A stretch of DNA of 64,000 bases from Lama guanicoe (taxonomy: Eukaryota), in the NCBI GenBank assembly GCA_013239625.1, contig MU054323.1, positions 18,742,819 through 18,806,818 on the forward strand, in the 5' to 3' direction. Position 1 is the stretch's first letter. The number at the start of each line of letters is the position of its first letter. The translations under genes were made by a program, and so were the position numbers. The notes below the pieces were generated by a model. It was not told where the DNA came from. It saw only the letters and a program-made list of their open reading frames with translations, and ran no database searches. This document shows, in pieces, positions 34,490 to 47,646 of this stretch.

Positions 34490-34935
34490 CTTGATCAGTT
34501 ACTATTGCTCCATGATAAATCACCCCAATACCTAGTGGCTTAAAAACAACAGCAATCATTTGATCATCTCTCACGTTTTCTATGGGTCAGGAGTTTGGGG
34601 AAGACTTTGACGGGCAGTTCTAGCTCAAACTCTTCTGCAGTTGCAGTCAGACAGTGGCTGGAACTACAAGAGAAGGGTCATGGAACAATTGGGGGGTTAG
34701 CAGAGCAAGTCTTTGTCATGTTTTCTCAGGGCTTGTGCATATGGTTACTTCATGTGGGCTGGTTTGACTTCCCTATAGCATGGTGCCCAAGGGTGGTCAG
34801 ATGGCTTACGTGACAGCTAGTGGCTCTAAGAGGTAAGACTTCAGTAAGCAAGGTGCGTGTCAGAGCAATTCTCTGGTCTATCTTCAAAATTCACATATTG
34901 TCACTTCTGCAAAGTGCACAGTCACAAAGCCTGCT
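34490..34935 (-). mobile_element. MaLR LTR (old MLT1 subfamily)
   Basis: Antisense MLT1 end ATCAGTTACTATTGCT...CACCCCAATACCTAGTGGCTTAAAAACAAC, then TCTATGGGTCAGGAGTTTGGG and GTGGTCAGATGGCTTACGTGACAGCT. Confidence 0.78.
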
Positions 34936-35039
34936 CATTTCATACATACCTTCTATGAGGCGTGTCTTTTCATTGTCAGGTTTTAATTCATGCACTATGG
35001 AGTTTCTACCAAGATTGCCAAATTAATTTTTTTTTGCAC

Positions 35040-36060
35040 TTTTGAGTCTTTCCATCAGTGACCATGGTGAGTCTCTCCATTTATTTATATTCAATGAAGT
35101 TCTATGATATACCTTGTAATGGTCATGCACTTATCTTGTTAGACTTGTTTTTAATTGCCTGTGATTGATTCATATTGTAAGATGCATTTCAGGTAACACA
35201 TATCCATTTCCAGAAGTCTGCTTGAAATCTTTGATTATTTATACTTATAATAATCTTTATACAATGAAAAGAGCAGTGTAGCATAAGACAAGAACATGGA
35301 TTTTAGAATCTGACTTCCTGGGTTCCTGTCTAGGCTTCTCCACATATTAACTTTTCATCTTTATCACATTATAAAATTTCATTAAATGTCCTTAGGGTCA
35401 AATTAAAAGATGTAAAGTAATTAGAATAAAACCTAGCATAGTAGAAACGCTATGCATATTTTAAATAGTGCTATTTTATTTCAATTCATTAATTTTTCAA
35501 ACTTATTTTTCCCCTTAGTTAGACAACCACTAATTCATAAAAAATTTAAGCTTTTCCTCTTTCTGTCCAGTCTTTATAACTTTTATTTACTTTTTTTTTT
35601 AACAGTGCTTTTTCACTGTGAGATAGGTGGCATCCTTTTTCAATTCTTTGATTTAGAGGGGATGCTTCTAATATTATACTAGTAAGGGTGATATCTGTTG
35701 TAGGTTTCAAAGATAACCTTGCTAAGAAAGTTGACTTCTACTCATAGTTCTGGGTTATTTCTAAATTTAAAATATATGTGGAATTTTATCCAATTTTGTC
35801 ATTGTATGTTGAATTTTATCAGCACTGTGAGCTAATCTTCTGATTTTCTCCTCAACTCTATTACAGTGGGAAGTGACATAAACATTTATGTATGTTGAGT
35901 TACACTTGATTTTCTGGCACGGACGCAACTTATTTACATCCTGTTTTTTAGAGGGTTATTGCAATTTGCATGCTGACGTTTCATTGAACTTCTGTGTTCT
36001 AATCTTCCTGTGTGAGATCTCATGTCTGTAATACACTTTTCCCATGCTGTTCCTGTCTGA
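35040..36060 (-). mobile_element. Very old L1 ORF2 fragments with a MIR (about 35270-35460, plus strand) inserted
   Basis: TTGAGTCTTTCCATCAGTGACCATGGTGAGTCTCTCCATTTATT and TGTTGAATTTTATCAGC are degenerate antisense L1. MIR motif GAATCTGACTTCCTGGGTTC. Confidence 0.5.
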
Positions 36061-36356
36061 CTCAAGCATATATTAACTTTATAAAACAATGTAATCATTG
36101 ATATTATTGTCTCTACAAACATGGAAACTTGTAGGAATGAATAAAAGTGATAATAAAGAGAATAGATAGCTTTAAAAGTGCATACTGGAAATAAAATAAA
36201 TTTAATGAGTTAAGTTGCCATCACAAGAAAAAGTTTTTTAAAAGACTAATATTTTAATTGCAAAGCAAGTCCAAGAAAGGAATTAATAAGAATATTAGCA
36301 TATAAGTAGAAAGTAATAAACTAGAACTCTAAGAAGCAAGATGAAAACACCAAACT

Positions 36357-36952
36357 ACATCCCCACCACTGGTGTAAGAGGGTTCTCTCTTCTCCACACC
36401 CTCTCCAGCATTTATCGTTCATGGACTTTTGAATGATGGCCATTCTGATGGTGTGAGGTGATAGATACCTCATTGTAGTTTTGATTCACAGTTCTCTGAT
36501 AATTAGTGATATTGAGCATTTTTTCATATGCTTATTGGCCATTCGTATGTCTCCATTGGAGAATTGCTTGTTTAGTCGTCTGCTCTTTTTTGGACTAGGT
36601 TTTTTGTTGTTGTTGTTATTAAGTTGTATGAGCTGTTTATATATTCTGGAAATTAAGCCTTTTTCAGTCGTATCATTTGCAAATATTTTCTCCCATTCTG
36701 TAGTTGGTGGTTTTGCTTAATTTATTTTTTTTTTGCTGTGCAAAAGCTTATAGGTTTAATTAAGTCCTATTTATTTTTGCTCTTATTTCTATTGCTTGGG
36801 TAGACTGCCCTAGTAGAATATTGCTAAGATTTATGTCAGAGAATGTTTTTGCCAGTGTTTTCTTCCAAGAGATTTATCGCATCTTGTCTTATATTTAATT
36901 CTTTAAGCCATTTTGAGTTTATTTTTGTGTATGGGGTGAGGGAGTGCTCTAA
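36357..36952 (-). mobile_element. L1 ORF2 3' segment (camelid/cetartiodactyl type)
   Basis: TTCTCCACACCCTCTCCAGCATTTAT, ATAATTAGTGATATTGAGCATTTTTTCATATGC, TTTGCAAATATTTTCTCCCATTCTGTAG, CCATTTTGAGTTTATTTTTGTGTATGGGGTGAGGGAGTG. Confidence 0.92.
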
Positions 36953-36974
36953 ATAAGCTCATTCTTTAGACAAA

Positions 36975-37170
36975 GGCTATGCTGGATGGAGCCAGCCCAT
37001 GTCGGTTTGTGAGAACCGATTGTGTACACCTCTCCCCAGCTCCATGTTCATGACATCGCATTGGTAGCTTGAGATCAGCAAGAGTGGGATTATTTAACAC
37101 CACAGAAATTAGTCGATGCTAAAAATCAGGACATTTTATTCTCTCCCAGATATTCTGTTACTAAACTAGG
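36975..37170 (+). mobile_element. MER63A-like hAT DNA transposon
   Basis: GAGAACCGATTGTGTACACCTCTCCCCAGCTCCATGTTCATGACATCGCATTGGTAGCTTGAGATCAGC...GTGGGATTATTTAACACCACAGAAATT matches my recollection of the MER63A layout. Confidence 0.78.
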
Positions 37171-39404
37171 AAATCACAGCTTCAATCCAATGTGAAGGCT
37201 GATGTAAAACTAAGAACTGTCCAGGAAATTATTTTTTTCTCACCTGGAGTCCAACCAGGAACAGATTAATTGCCTTATTATCACCCCATGAATGTGAATG
37301 GTTTCTCTTGTCCACACTTTTATTTAAGTCACAGCCTTTGAATGTCCAGGCTTCCTAAAGAAGTTACCACTCCTTGACTCTGGATGACACAAAGCCTCAT
37401 CTTTTCTCCTTGTGTAATTATTAAAACTCAATCCTCTTGGTCACTCCTCTGTAATAACCATCCTCAAGACAGTCGAGGCATCCACTTCAGCTATTTGCTC
37501 TGCCTTTCAATTTCCTTTTAGATTTTGACCCCTGGGGACTCTCTTTACCAATTTCACTCTGCACTTAAAAATCAATATTAATATGCTTCTTCCAGTTTGA
37601 TAGAAGATTTTCATTTTATCTGTTTATGCCATAAACAGTTGCCTATATCCATCTTTAAATTATAAGTTTTAATAAGGTTATAGAAAAGCACAGAAAATTA
37701 AAAGCAATATAATAAATGCAACTCTACTGTAAGTTTTATTTTGAAGTGAGAAGTTCCTCTACTGTGTTCCATGTTGGTTGCCCTAAGTCTGCTGAAAATT
37801 TATTTCTCTATGAAAACTCTAAAATTAGGCAATTTTGAGATGCCTTTGTCAGGCTTGTGGCTTCTTAAAAAAATCCAATTCTCCTTTAATTAATTAATTA
37901 ATTTTTGAAATAGATTTGACATAAAATATTGTTAGTTTCAGATGTACTACATGGCTATTTAACACTAGGCTCTTTGCTTTTTGATTTATTAAATTTCACA
38001 AATTGAGAGTTTGTAAAGTTTTGTCTCACTTATGCCTGTGAAACCTCTATGTAACAATCATGGCAAGCATAATATTTTGCAATTATTTTTATTGTCCATC
38101 ATATTATAAGCAAGTTTTCTCTGTAATGTTTAATATAAAATTTTTAATGCTTAATAGAAAGTTGTACTATGATTTATTTCACTGTCAATATTAAGATATT
38201 AAATTGCTTCCAATTTAAAAATACCATATAAAACCTAAACCAAAATAAACATATGCCTATGAACTCCACATTTGGATAATTTCTTAGGATACTTTTTTAG
38301 AAGTGATTCTTATGTTCATTTATTAATATGATGGTGGAGGCCTCTCTAGCTTCCTGTAAGTAGTGCATTACAACTAGAGAAAAAAAATCAAATAACTTTA
38401 TTCAGAATTACTGGGACTTCCTTCGTTCCTTAGAAGAGAAAAGCCTATTGAGTCCATGTGATCAGAGAGTTCACATAAGACAAACTTCCTTTTATTTTCC
38501 AACCTGATCCTAGACTCTGCTGCTTTGGTAAAAAATAAACTCTACCCTTTGTGCAGAGCATTTCCTCCCATTCTTGGGACAACCTGGCAAAAACAAATTG
38601 AAGTAATTAAAACTGAGAATACAAAAGGAGTGCTTCCTAAGGGAAGGCAATTGGGTCTGAAAAAGGATCAAAAAGCCATTTACTGAGAAGATTGGAAGGA
38701 CTGATCATTTTCAACCTAGGATAGAATAAGGGAGATAGCCCTTTTTTGTTTTTCAGGTAGATGTGCTATCAGGTGTGAGAGTCTTGTTCAGAAAGAATAC
38801 TTTCATTGAAACATAAGTTCAGAAAAATGACATTTTAGGTCCTTTTAACTGTATGATTTTATGAATATGGAAAGTGCAAGGATCCACTCTGATTATCAGA
38901 CCATGAGGCACAACCTGGTTGATCACATGGTCACAGTGGTTCATAGTGTCTGTCTCTGTGTCTTACAGGCATTTCCATCAGGGAATGGAAAGGGACTGGA
39001 GACCACAGGTCTTCTCCAAAGTCCTCTCCCTCACCTCTGCTAATTAATTCATTCTCTAGCCAGTCTCATCTCATGGACAAGAATCAGTTAATACCCTCGA
39101 GGCTCTATTGCCCTTCTAACTCCTTTTCTTGTCTATTCCCCTGTTGATTGTAAAATTTCAAACTTCTGTGCTCCATGAGTAGCTGTGTGAAGCTCAGTAA
39201 TGCTGATTTGAACAGGATTGAAAAAAATTGTCTCTTAAGCCACTTGTGTTTGTGACTATCTTTTTATATTTGTATCCAAATGCCTTAACAACTTTAAATG
39301 AGTTCAGTTTTTCATTCCTTTCCTAGAAGTGCCACTAATCACTCTCTGGGCTGAAAAAGTTGCACTCCAGGTTACCACTGGCTGACAGATTGGCAAATGA
39401 CTCG

Positions 39405-39535
39405 AGGGTCTTATGAAAATGCAGAATTTGATTTAGTAGGAGTGGGGGTGAGGGGGAAAAGCTGATATTTTGTATTTCTAGCAAGCTCTCCAGTGATACA
39501 GATCCTTGTGGTCCAAGGGCCATGCTTTTGAGGGA
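39405..39535. mobile_element. MER5A-like hAT fragment
   Basis: AAAATGCAGAATTTGATTTAGTAGGAGTGGGG...TGTATTTCTAGCAAGCTCTCCAGTGAT...GGTCCAAGGGCCATGCTTTTGAG. Confidence 0.72.
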
Positions 39536-40019
39536 AAAGGCTGTCTATCAATTGGCAAATGTAGAAATGTTTGGTGAACTCTTATCCAGAAATGTAAGCT
39601 GTGGTAGGACCATTATCAAAACTTATTCCCCAAATGTGAAGAAACTATTGAATCTGACTTCTCTGCTATGATCAACCCTTGCCATGGTGATAGGCCTTAG
39701 AGTATGTGTGTTTAAACCAAGATCAAGTGTCTTATGAAAAAAAATCCATCCACCTTGTGATTCAACTTTCTATATATATTCAGTATATCTGTTAAATGTT
39801 CAAATTGTTTAACAAAGTGGAAGAGAGATTGATTATTTGTGGGGATTATTTGGATGTTACCAAATTACCAAAAGATAACTACTTATTGTTATAGAAACAT
39901 TTCAAAAATTAAATAATTCATTATCGAGCACCTACTCTGGGTTGTACACTATGCTTAGGTGTTAGAAAAAAGGTAAATAACCCAAAATTCTTCAGAGCAA
40001 CAGGACTCATACACAAGTA

Positions 40020-40517
40020 GGCTATCAGTTGTCTGTCTCTGCATAACAAGCCATCCCAACAGCTCAGTGGTTTAAAATAATGTTTATTTAGCTCGTAACT
40101 CAGTGGTTGATAGTTTAGACGGGGCTCTGTTGAGCAATTCTGGTCCCAGGTGCTCCCCATGCACTTGGCAAGACTGCCGAGTGGCTCTGCGTTTTAGGTT
40201 GGCTGGATGTCACCTGGGGCCGTGGGAATAGCTGTGTATGTATCACATAGTCTGGTAGGAGAGTCTTGGCCCATTCACATGGCCCCTCAGCAGGGAGAGG
40301 GGAAGCATGAAAGCCTCTTGAAGCACAGGTTCAAAAATGGCCCACTGCTCCACTTGTCATATCCTTGCAGCGCAAACAAGCCACAAGGCCAGTCCAATTC
40401 AGGTTTTAGAAAAATAATCTCCACCTTTTGATAGGAAGAGCTGGATGTCACCTTGCCAAAGCGAGTGTATGCAGGAGGAGGAATGGTCACAGCCCTCTGT
40501 GCAGACAATCTACCACA
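40020..40517 (-). mobile_element. MaLR LTR (MLT1H-like)
   Basis: CTGCATAACAAGCCATCCCAACAGCTCAGTGGTTTAAAATAATGTTTATTTAGCTC...TCTCCACCTTTTGATAGGAAGAGCTG...CAATCTACCACA terminus. Confidence 0.83.
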
Positions 40518-42829
40518 ATTAAACTTTAGACTATAATTCTTGCTGGCCCTAAAGACCTGCCAATCACTGCTTGACATATGTTCAATATGTAGAAAAGTCT
40601 TGTTTTGCCTGGTAAACTGGGAGAACAGTTCTCCTTAGAAATTCATCTGGGAAAGATAATGAAAAAAACATGTCATGGGGCCAGCAAACACAGGCTAGGC
40701 TAGCCTAGCCTGAATTCACTTGTCTACATATGAAGTGTGACAAAATGACTCTTGGTGAAAATGAAGATCAGCTGGTTTCCTATCTGCACAGAGAACTTGT
40801 CATGAGAATGTTTACAGTTTTCCTACTAGTTCATTGAATACTATTATTCAAATTCCTGTTTGACTAACACACAATGAACTCAATTTTTAAAAATTGTTGA
40901 TTGATAGCTCTTATTTTTTGGTTGATTGTTCAGTTATCTGAGTCTTGAATTAAAGATTAACTCGTGGTTATTAATACAACCAAGGAAGGAAGTTGTTGCC
41001 AGTTTCTATACTTCAGAAGTGAAAATGCATGAAACAGAAAATAAAAACAGAAAAAAACCCCATATTTTTGAAGAATGTAATGAATTTCATTAAGCTGCTT
41101 TATGCTAAGATTGAATTGGAAGAAATGGTTCTGGATTTGCTGTTGTCTAACTTAACTATAAAAACTTACTTAGAATATTTGATTTGGAAGAAGATAAAGC
41201 CTATTGAAAGAGAAATGATTTTCTTAGAACAGCTGAAGCATGCATGAAACTAATAGCACAGATTGTTCACTTTTGAGGCATTGAAACATATTTAATGGAT
41301 AATATGAAAAATACTCAGAAATGTATGTGCTTACCCACTGGGCCCAATATTAGCATTCTAATGCTACAGTTTAAATTCCCAGGGGAAAAAAATAAAACAC
41401 TTTGTACCACTGGAGTACATATATTTTGACCTTAACCTTTTTCTTGACCCTAGAGAAACCATTACCTGTTTAACCACATTAAAGATAGTTTCCTGAAATT
41501 GATGGATATAGATTTTGATGTGTCTGTTTGACAGGACACCATTTATAGAGTCTGTAACTCACAGTGGTGGCAGTTGCCTATCGGCGCTGACAGGTCTTGG
41601 CGGAGAGAGTACAGGTGCCGGCCTCCACGGCCTGTGAGTTCACAAGCCCTGGAGTTGCTCTTCGCCTCTTAGTGAAGCTCTCGAGGGCACGCATTTATCG
41701 GATGCAGGCCTCATTTTTTTCTGTTTAGATTGCATTTATTAGTCATTTTCATTTTGTAGCTGTTAAGCCAATAAATTAGTATTTAAACATATAAGCATCA
41801 AAACTTATTTGAAAAGCCCCTGCTGATGAATATATATATAGAGAGAGTCTATGCCTCTTTATCTTCTATGGTTTCTCCAGAAATAACCTGAAGTCAGGCA
41901 ATGTGCTTCAGTGAATTTGCACACTGTCTCAGAACTGCCACTACAAATTCTAAAAATCAAGCAATCCTTCAGATTGTTGAAAAAAATTGAGAAACAATCA
42001 AGTGAGTCACATAGAGATTTTGTAATTTGCTTATACAGTACCATCACTCAATTTTCAAGCATTTCAACTTCTTGGTTAACCTAATATTTTTAAAACTTGC
42101 AAAACTGTTTTCTGTTTGCTCTGCCATTCTTATTTTGTCTTTGTAGGAAAATACTTCTTTGACTTGAGCAACTGGATCAGCAGAAAAAGACAATTGGCAT
42201 AGATAAACTTAACTATATCAAAATCAAATTCCCATCTTAGGGTGCCAGTCAACCTTCGAGTGCCCTTGGATTAACACGAGTGAAAGGCTAGCTCTTCCAA
42301 ACAGCCAAAGGATATTAAAATGCCACTAGAGCTGTCAAGTTAAGACAAGGATCATTTTTTTCATACTCAGATTACCTGCCTTAAATGTTTAAAATCCAAA
42401 ACTCACTTATTTTTGTCAAAGAGCTGGATTCGAGAAAAGGTTTTGAAAACCACATCTCTTTAATCGTTCCTATTTTTTATTTGATGTATTTTTAGATAGC
42501 AAATGAAAAGATTTTGAAATCTGCACATCATAAAATTGAACAGATAAGATGCAAAAAAAGATATAATTTTTGATAACATATTGACTACAAAATAGGATGC
42601 CCATATTCATAATAATAACTGTAGTGATAATTATGTTTCTTTCAAAATATAGCAGAGTTAAAATATTGACAGTGAAACATTTTAGAGGACTGGAAACTCT
42701 GCCTGTTTTATATCTTTTATTCTCACCTTAGAGACTGCAAAGTTAGGCCTTAGGAATTTAGGAAATTTTTTTTGTTTTACAACACTCCAGTAATCTTAAC
42801 CATTCAAATTTTACATCTAACCAAGCAAA

Positions 42830-43030
42830 CGTAGCAGGATGGAAAGAGCAAGGGTTTGGAAACAAGACAATTTCAAGCCCTATCTTGGCCTGTAACCAGA
42901 GACAGCTTCTCTGTACCTTAGTTTTCCTTCTTTACAATAGAACAGTACCTATCATGTGAGGTGAATGTCACATTTGAAAATGATACTGTATGTAAAACAC
43001 CCTGGACATAAGTTGAGGCATAACAAGTAT
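42830..43030 (+). mobile_element. MIR SINE
   Basis: TAGCAGGATGGAAAGAGCAAGGGTTTGGAA...CTCTGTACCTTAGTTTTCC...ACAGTACCTATCAT...TATGTAAAACACCCTGGACATA. Confidence 0.7.
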
Positions 43031-43266
43031 TGACTGAAGTTACTATTGCAGCATGTGTGTTTACACATGCATGTTCTGCATCAACAGTTTACTCTGTATG
43101 AAACATAAGAGTTTCTGGGACTGCTTATACTCTTTCAAGTGTCAATATTTTTCTTCTTGTCAGGGAACAACATGCACTTTGAATACATAATATTTATCTT
43201 AATCTTTCTTTTATCAGTAAATTTTATGACGTGCCTAACTAGAATTAAGATGCTGTATTAGGCACT

Positions 43267-44179
43267 AGCACATGAAAAGATGCTCCACATCATTTCGTCA
43301 TTAGGGAAGTGTAAAATAAAACCGCAATGACGTATCAACTCACGTTTGTTAGAATGGCCACCATCAAAAAGATGAGAGATAACAAATGCTGATGTGGATG
43401 TGGAGAAGAGGAAACCCTTGTACACTGTTGGTGGGAGTGTAAATTGGTACAGCCACTATGGAAAACAGTATGGGGGTTCTGCAAACAATTTAAAATAGAA
43501 TTACCATATGATCCAGCAGTTCCACTCTGGGGACATATACAAAGGAAACTAAAACACTAACTCTAAAAGACATCTGCACCCTCATGTTCACTGCAGCATT
43601 GTTTACAATAGCCAAGGCAGGGAAACAACCTAAGTGTCCATCAATGTATAAATGAATAAAGAAAATGTGGTGTGGTTCGGCCGTAAAAAAGAATGGAATC
43701 ATTCCACTGGTGACAATATGGATGGACCTTGAAGGCATTATGCTGAATGAAATAAGTCAGACAGATAGAGACAAATACTGCATGATCTCACTTATACGTG
43801 GAATCTAAACAAACAAAATCACCAAATTCATAGAAAAAAGATTATATTTATGGTCACTAGAGGCAGGGAGTAGGAGGAGGGGGATTTGAGAAACATGGTC
43901 AAAAGGCATACATTTCCAGTTATAGGATCAATAAGTACTAGGGATGTTATGTTCAACACATGACCATAGTTAACACTGCTGTGTGATATATTGGAAAGTT
44001 GAGAGAGTAGATCCTAAGAGTTCTCATCATGAGAAGAGATGTATCTTGTATCCATATGAGATGGTGGAGGTTAACTTATCCTGTTTTGGTGATCATTTCA
44101 CGGTATATGTAGATCATGGTGTAAATCATGCTTATGCAGTGAGGTATGTCAGTTATTTCTCAGTAAAACTGGAAAAGAA
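43267..44179 (+). mobile_element. 5'-truncated L1 (L1MA-like) with TSD, nested in an L2 3' end
   Basis: CACATGAAAAGATGCTCCACATC...TACAGCCACTATGGAAAACAGTATGG...GGAATCTAAAC, with the 3'UTR ending CTCAGTAAAACTGGAAAAGAAA. TSD AAGATGCTGTATTAGGCACT (43247-43266) / AAGATACTGTTTTAGGCACT (44180-44199). Confidence 0.92.
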
Positions 44180-46049
44180 AAGATACTGTTTTAGGCACTG
44201 AGTTAGCCACAGACATAAACCAGGCTCAGAATCTACCTTCACAGAACTTACACCTAGTGCCTCCTTTGTTTTTGTTGACTGCTCTCTACATTCTCAGGAT
44301 GGCTCGGCCTCTCCCCTCAGCCGTCCCTCTGATGGAGTCTCCCAGTGCTGGCGTGGGCTTAGCTTTACCCTCTGTTCTGCCTCTCCTTTTCCTTTCCTGC
44401 TTCAGCTCGCAGGCTTATTCTGCAGGTGCAGAACCAAGGGTAGAGATCGATACTGACCAGCTCTCTTGGTTTTGGAATGAGTCAGGGCCAGTTTGTCTCT
44501 TTCCCTCCGGATGCCTTCTAAATGCCATGTCCGTGAATGCCATTGGCCCACCGAAAGGCAGAAGGACAGAGATTCTGAAAGGTGTCCAGGAACACGCTGT
44601 TCTCAGAACAAAAGGTGGGGGAATGTGTGTTTGGAGAAATCAAAACAAAATGCATTTGTTCACCTCAGTGTTCTTGTTTTGCTTCTTCATAGTGAATGCT
44701 GTGACATTTTGCCAGTTTTAGATGTTTCCAGTGAGACTTCAGGTTAAAGCAGAAAGACTTTTTTTTTTTAAACTGGAAACAGTAATGTCATGTGAAAACC
44801 ACTTAGCTGTTCCATGTATGCTTAAAAAGCTTAATAAATGTCATTCTCTGCACATGAGTACTCAGAAAGTTACAAACAACGGAATGAGAACACTGAGGGC
44901 ATCTAATACCGCCCCTCTGCTGCGGGGGGCTTACCCTACCTCCTCACTGAAGCACGTAGGAGGCCGTCTCACCTGCTGATGCTGGGCCTCACACCCGGAT
45001 TTAGTTAGTAAACTTTAACCCCTCACATCGTTCTAAGGTCCAGCCAGGATTGAGAGCCACTCCAATGTTCCAAAACCTCTTGTTCTCCTATTTAGAAACC
45101 CAAGCATTAGAGGCATTAAGAGATTTGGTCACACAGTTGATTAATAAACCTAGGCCTAGCACACAGTTCCCCAGAACACCAATGTTCTCTCTCCAGAATC
45201 TGTTGTTTCCACATACAGCATGGAATTTGGAGATTTATTATCTATTCACTTATAACATTAAATTATTAATTGAAGCATGCAGCAAATGTTTATGTCATTT
45301 GCCATTTCAGGTGAAAGGAATATAACTGAGAACAAAATCTTTGTACTCATTGAGCTAACCCTTGGGAAAGAGGAAAGGACACCTAAAATTAACATAAATA
45401 GGAAAGTGAGAAAGTAACTCAGGAGTGATGTGGAGGTCTAGGGATGGTGAATTTGGGCAGCTTTTGTCCTGGACTCTGTGCTAAATGCTTGATACTTGCT
45501 AGACATTGAGGCCAGAGAGATTCCAGATAACTCCCCAGTGCCAAAGCACTGGACTTAAAAGTTGAATAAAAGCTGCTGGGAAATAAACATGGATATGCAT
45601 TTCAAGCTGAAGGATCAGTTTGTGCAAAGGAATAAATTTGTGGGAGGAAATGTTACCTTTGGAGAGTTACAAATCAGTTCAATAGTGTTGGAACAAAAAA
45701 TGAATGAGATTAGGAAAAAAAATGGACTTCAATCAGACAATGAAGCAGCAATATATGCCTTGCAAGTGAATTGGTTGCTTTTTTTTTTTTTCAAACTGTA
45801 TCATGTGTTATGTTACTACCTGGAGAATTTATAAAATTGAATATCCCCAATCTATCTCCTGTATTTCTAATCCAGTGATTCTGAGGAGAGTGATATCTGT
45901 GCTACTTCAAAAAATACTTCTCCGGATGATGGCAAAGAATTAAAGAAATTTAAATGTGGGGGAAGCATGAATCGATTTTCATATTATTAACAATTAACCC
46001 TAGGAATATACAGAATATATGTTAGGAGCAAAATGGTGCATTTGCTAGG

Positions 46050-46600
46050 GAAGTTAGGATGGTACTAGAAGAGGGAGATAATGAAGCCTTTACTAGGGCA
46101 GCAGTAGAAATGAATAGAAAGTAGGAAATAGGCATTTGAAATATTTAAGAGCTGGAACTGACAGGTGACAGGACTTAGGAGCAGAGTTAATATAAGTAAG
46201 GAAGAGGATGGAATATACTATTGCTTGTGGGCATTTGATTTGAGTAATTGGATGGAAAAGTATTATCAGCAAAAAGATGAGTTCAGATTTGGCACGTTCC
46301 TTTCTGAATGAGGATCAGCATCACCTCAGCAGTCAGCTGTACACATCAGTCTGCATCTCAGGAGACAAAGATGCCCAAAGACATGGACTTGAAAACTGTC
46401 AACATATAGGTAACTATTAGATTTCATAAAGAGGATCAGGAAGAAATGATGAGCAAGGCAGAAAATATGGAAATTGAGAGAGGAGAGAATTTCAAGAAAT
46501 CAGTGCTTAATTGTGATAAATACCCAAAGTCGTTGACTGAAGTATTTTGAAACTGCAATTTAAAAGACATCAGTGAACTTAGAGAAGGAAGAGTGGTAAC
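46050..46600 (-). mobile_element. Diverged LINE-2 fragment
   Basis: GAGATAATGAAGCCTTTACTAGGGCAG, GAACTGACAGG, GATGAGTTCAGATTTGGCACG, TCTGCATCTCAGGAGA. Confidence 0.55.
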
Positions 46601-47329
46601 CTAAACTTTGTGAATTACCACTGAAAGGGACAATTAGAGATGATGGCAAACATATACAATATGTGTATATCTAAGAATGAGGACTCTTCACACTCACACA
46701 TATGCACACACACAGACACATCTTTCTGTTGCCTATTATAAAAACCTTTCTAAAAATATATGCTTAGCAAACTGAAGTATGAAGAATGCTAGTAGGATTA
46801 AAAAAAATTCAAATGATGGCACTAATCCTCATAATCCAATAGAATAAAAAATATTTGTGTAAGAAATTAATGGGGTTCACAAAAGTAGTTTGATGTACTT
46901 TAAAAGAAAGACAAAAACTAATCTGGAAGTTTTTTTTCTCAAATAGTCAAATTTCCAGTTTTTATTCTTGATAAAGATTAAAAAGATCTTGTTGATTTCA
47001 GTTAGAGAAATAGATCTCTGCCACAATATCTTTTGTAGAACCATCAGATACTTTTAGAAGAGGCAAAATAATACGGATTTATATATTGCAAATATTTCAG
47101 GAAGAACAAACAAATATTCACAATGTCTTCAGAACTTTGATGCCCAAGTCTCCATGAACATCACGAACATTTTCACATCTTAAGCTCGTGATGATGGGCT
47201 TAGCAGTCCTTACTGTTCTATCTGGGTTCTTCCAATTGCTGCTTAAGGATAGGAACAAAACTACTTAGGCATTTTCTGACATCTCTCTATATTTTAATAG
47301 TAGATTATATCCTAAAAAGACTTAGGGAC

Positions 47330-47646
47330 ATGCTGCTCAATAGAAATGTAATATGAATCACAGGTTTAATTTTGCATTTTCTAGGAGACAAGTTGGAAAG
47401 GCAGAAACACCTAAAGAACAGGCAAAACTGATTCTAATAATAGATTTTGTTTATCACAATATGGCCAAGATCTCATTTAAATATGTAATCATTTAAAAAT
47501 TAATAAGATACTTTACATTTTTTTTGGCCTAAGTCTTCAAAAGTGAATATGTATTTCACTTTACCACACATCTTAATCCACATTATCCACATTTCAAGTG
47601 ATTGATGGCCACCTGTGGCTAATGGCTGCCATATTGGATAGTTCAA
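47330..47646 (+). mobile_element. MER33-like hAT-Charlie DNA transposon
   Basis: CAATAGAAATGTAATATGAATCACA...AAGTCTTCAAAAGTGAATATGTATTTCACTTTACCACACATCTTAAT...CCACATTTCAAGTG...GCCACCTGTGGCTAATGGCTGCCATATTGGATAG. Confidence 0.85.

Noticed and set aside
37885..37960. (TTAA)n array as a homeodomain site cluster
   Set aside because: It sits at the tail of a short antisense L1 3' fragment and is a tail-derived microsatellite. The similar run near 47824 is an L2 tail.
41029..41247. 72-aa ORF with helical-looking composition
   Set aside because: K/I/L/E/N bias follows from A-rich DNA; no splice context or homology recognised.
44257..44721. 154-aa ORF, the longest on the plus strand
   Set aside because: GTG start at the edge of an L2 remnant, low-complexity L/S/P content, no recognisable domain.
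44908..44930. CTCF-like motif and small GC hairpin
   Set aside because: Mismatches at key core positions, and the stem is short.
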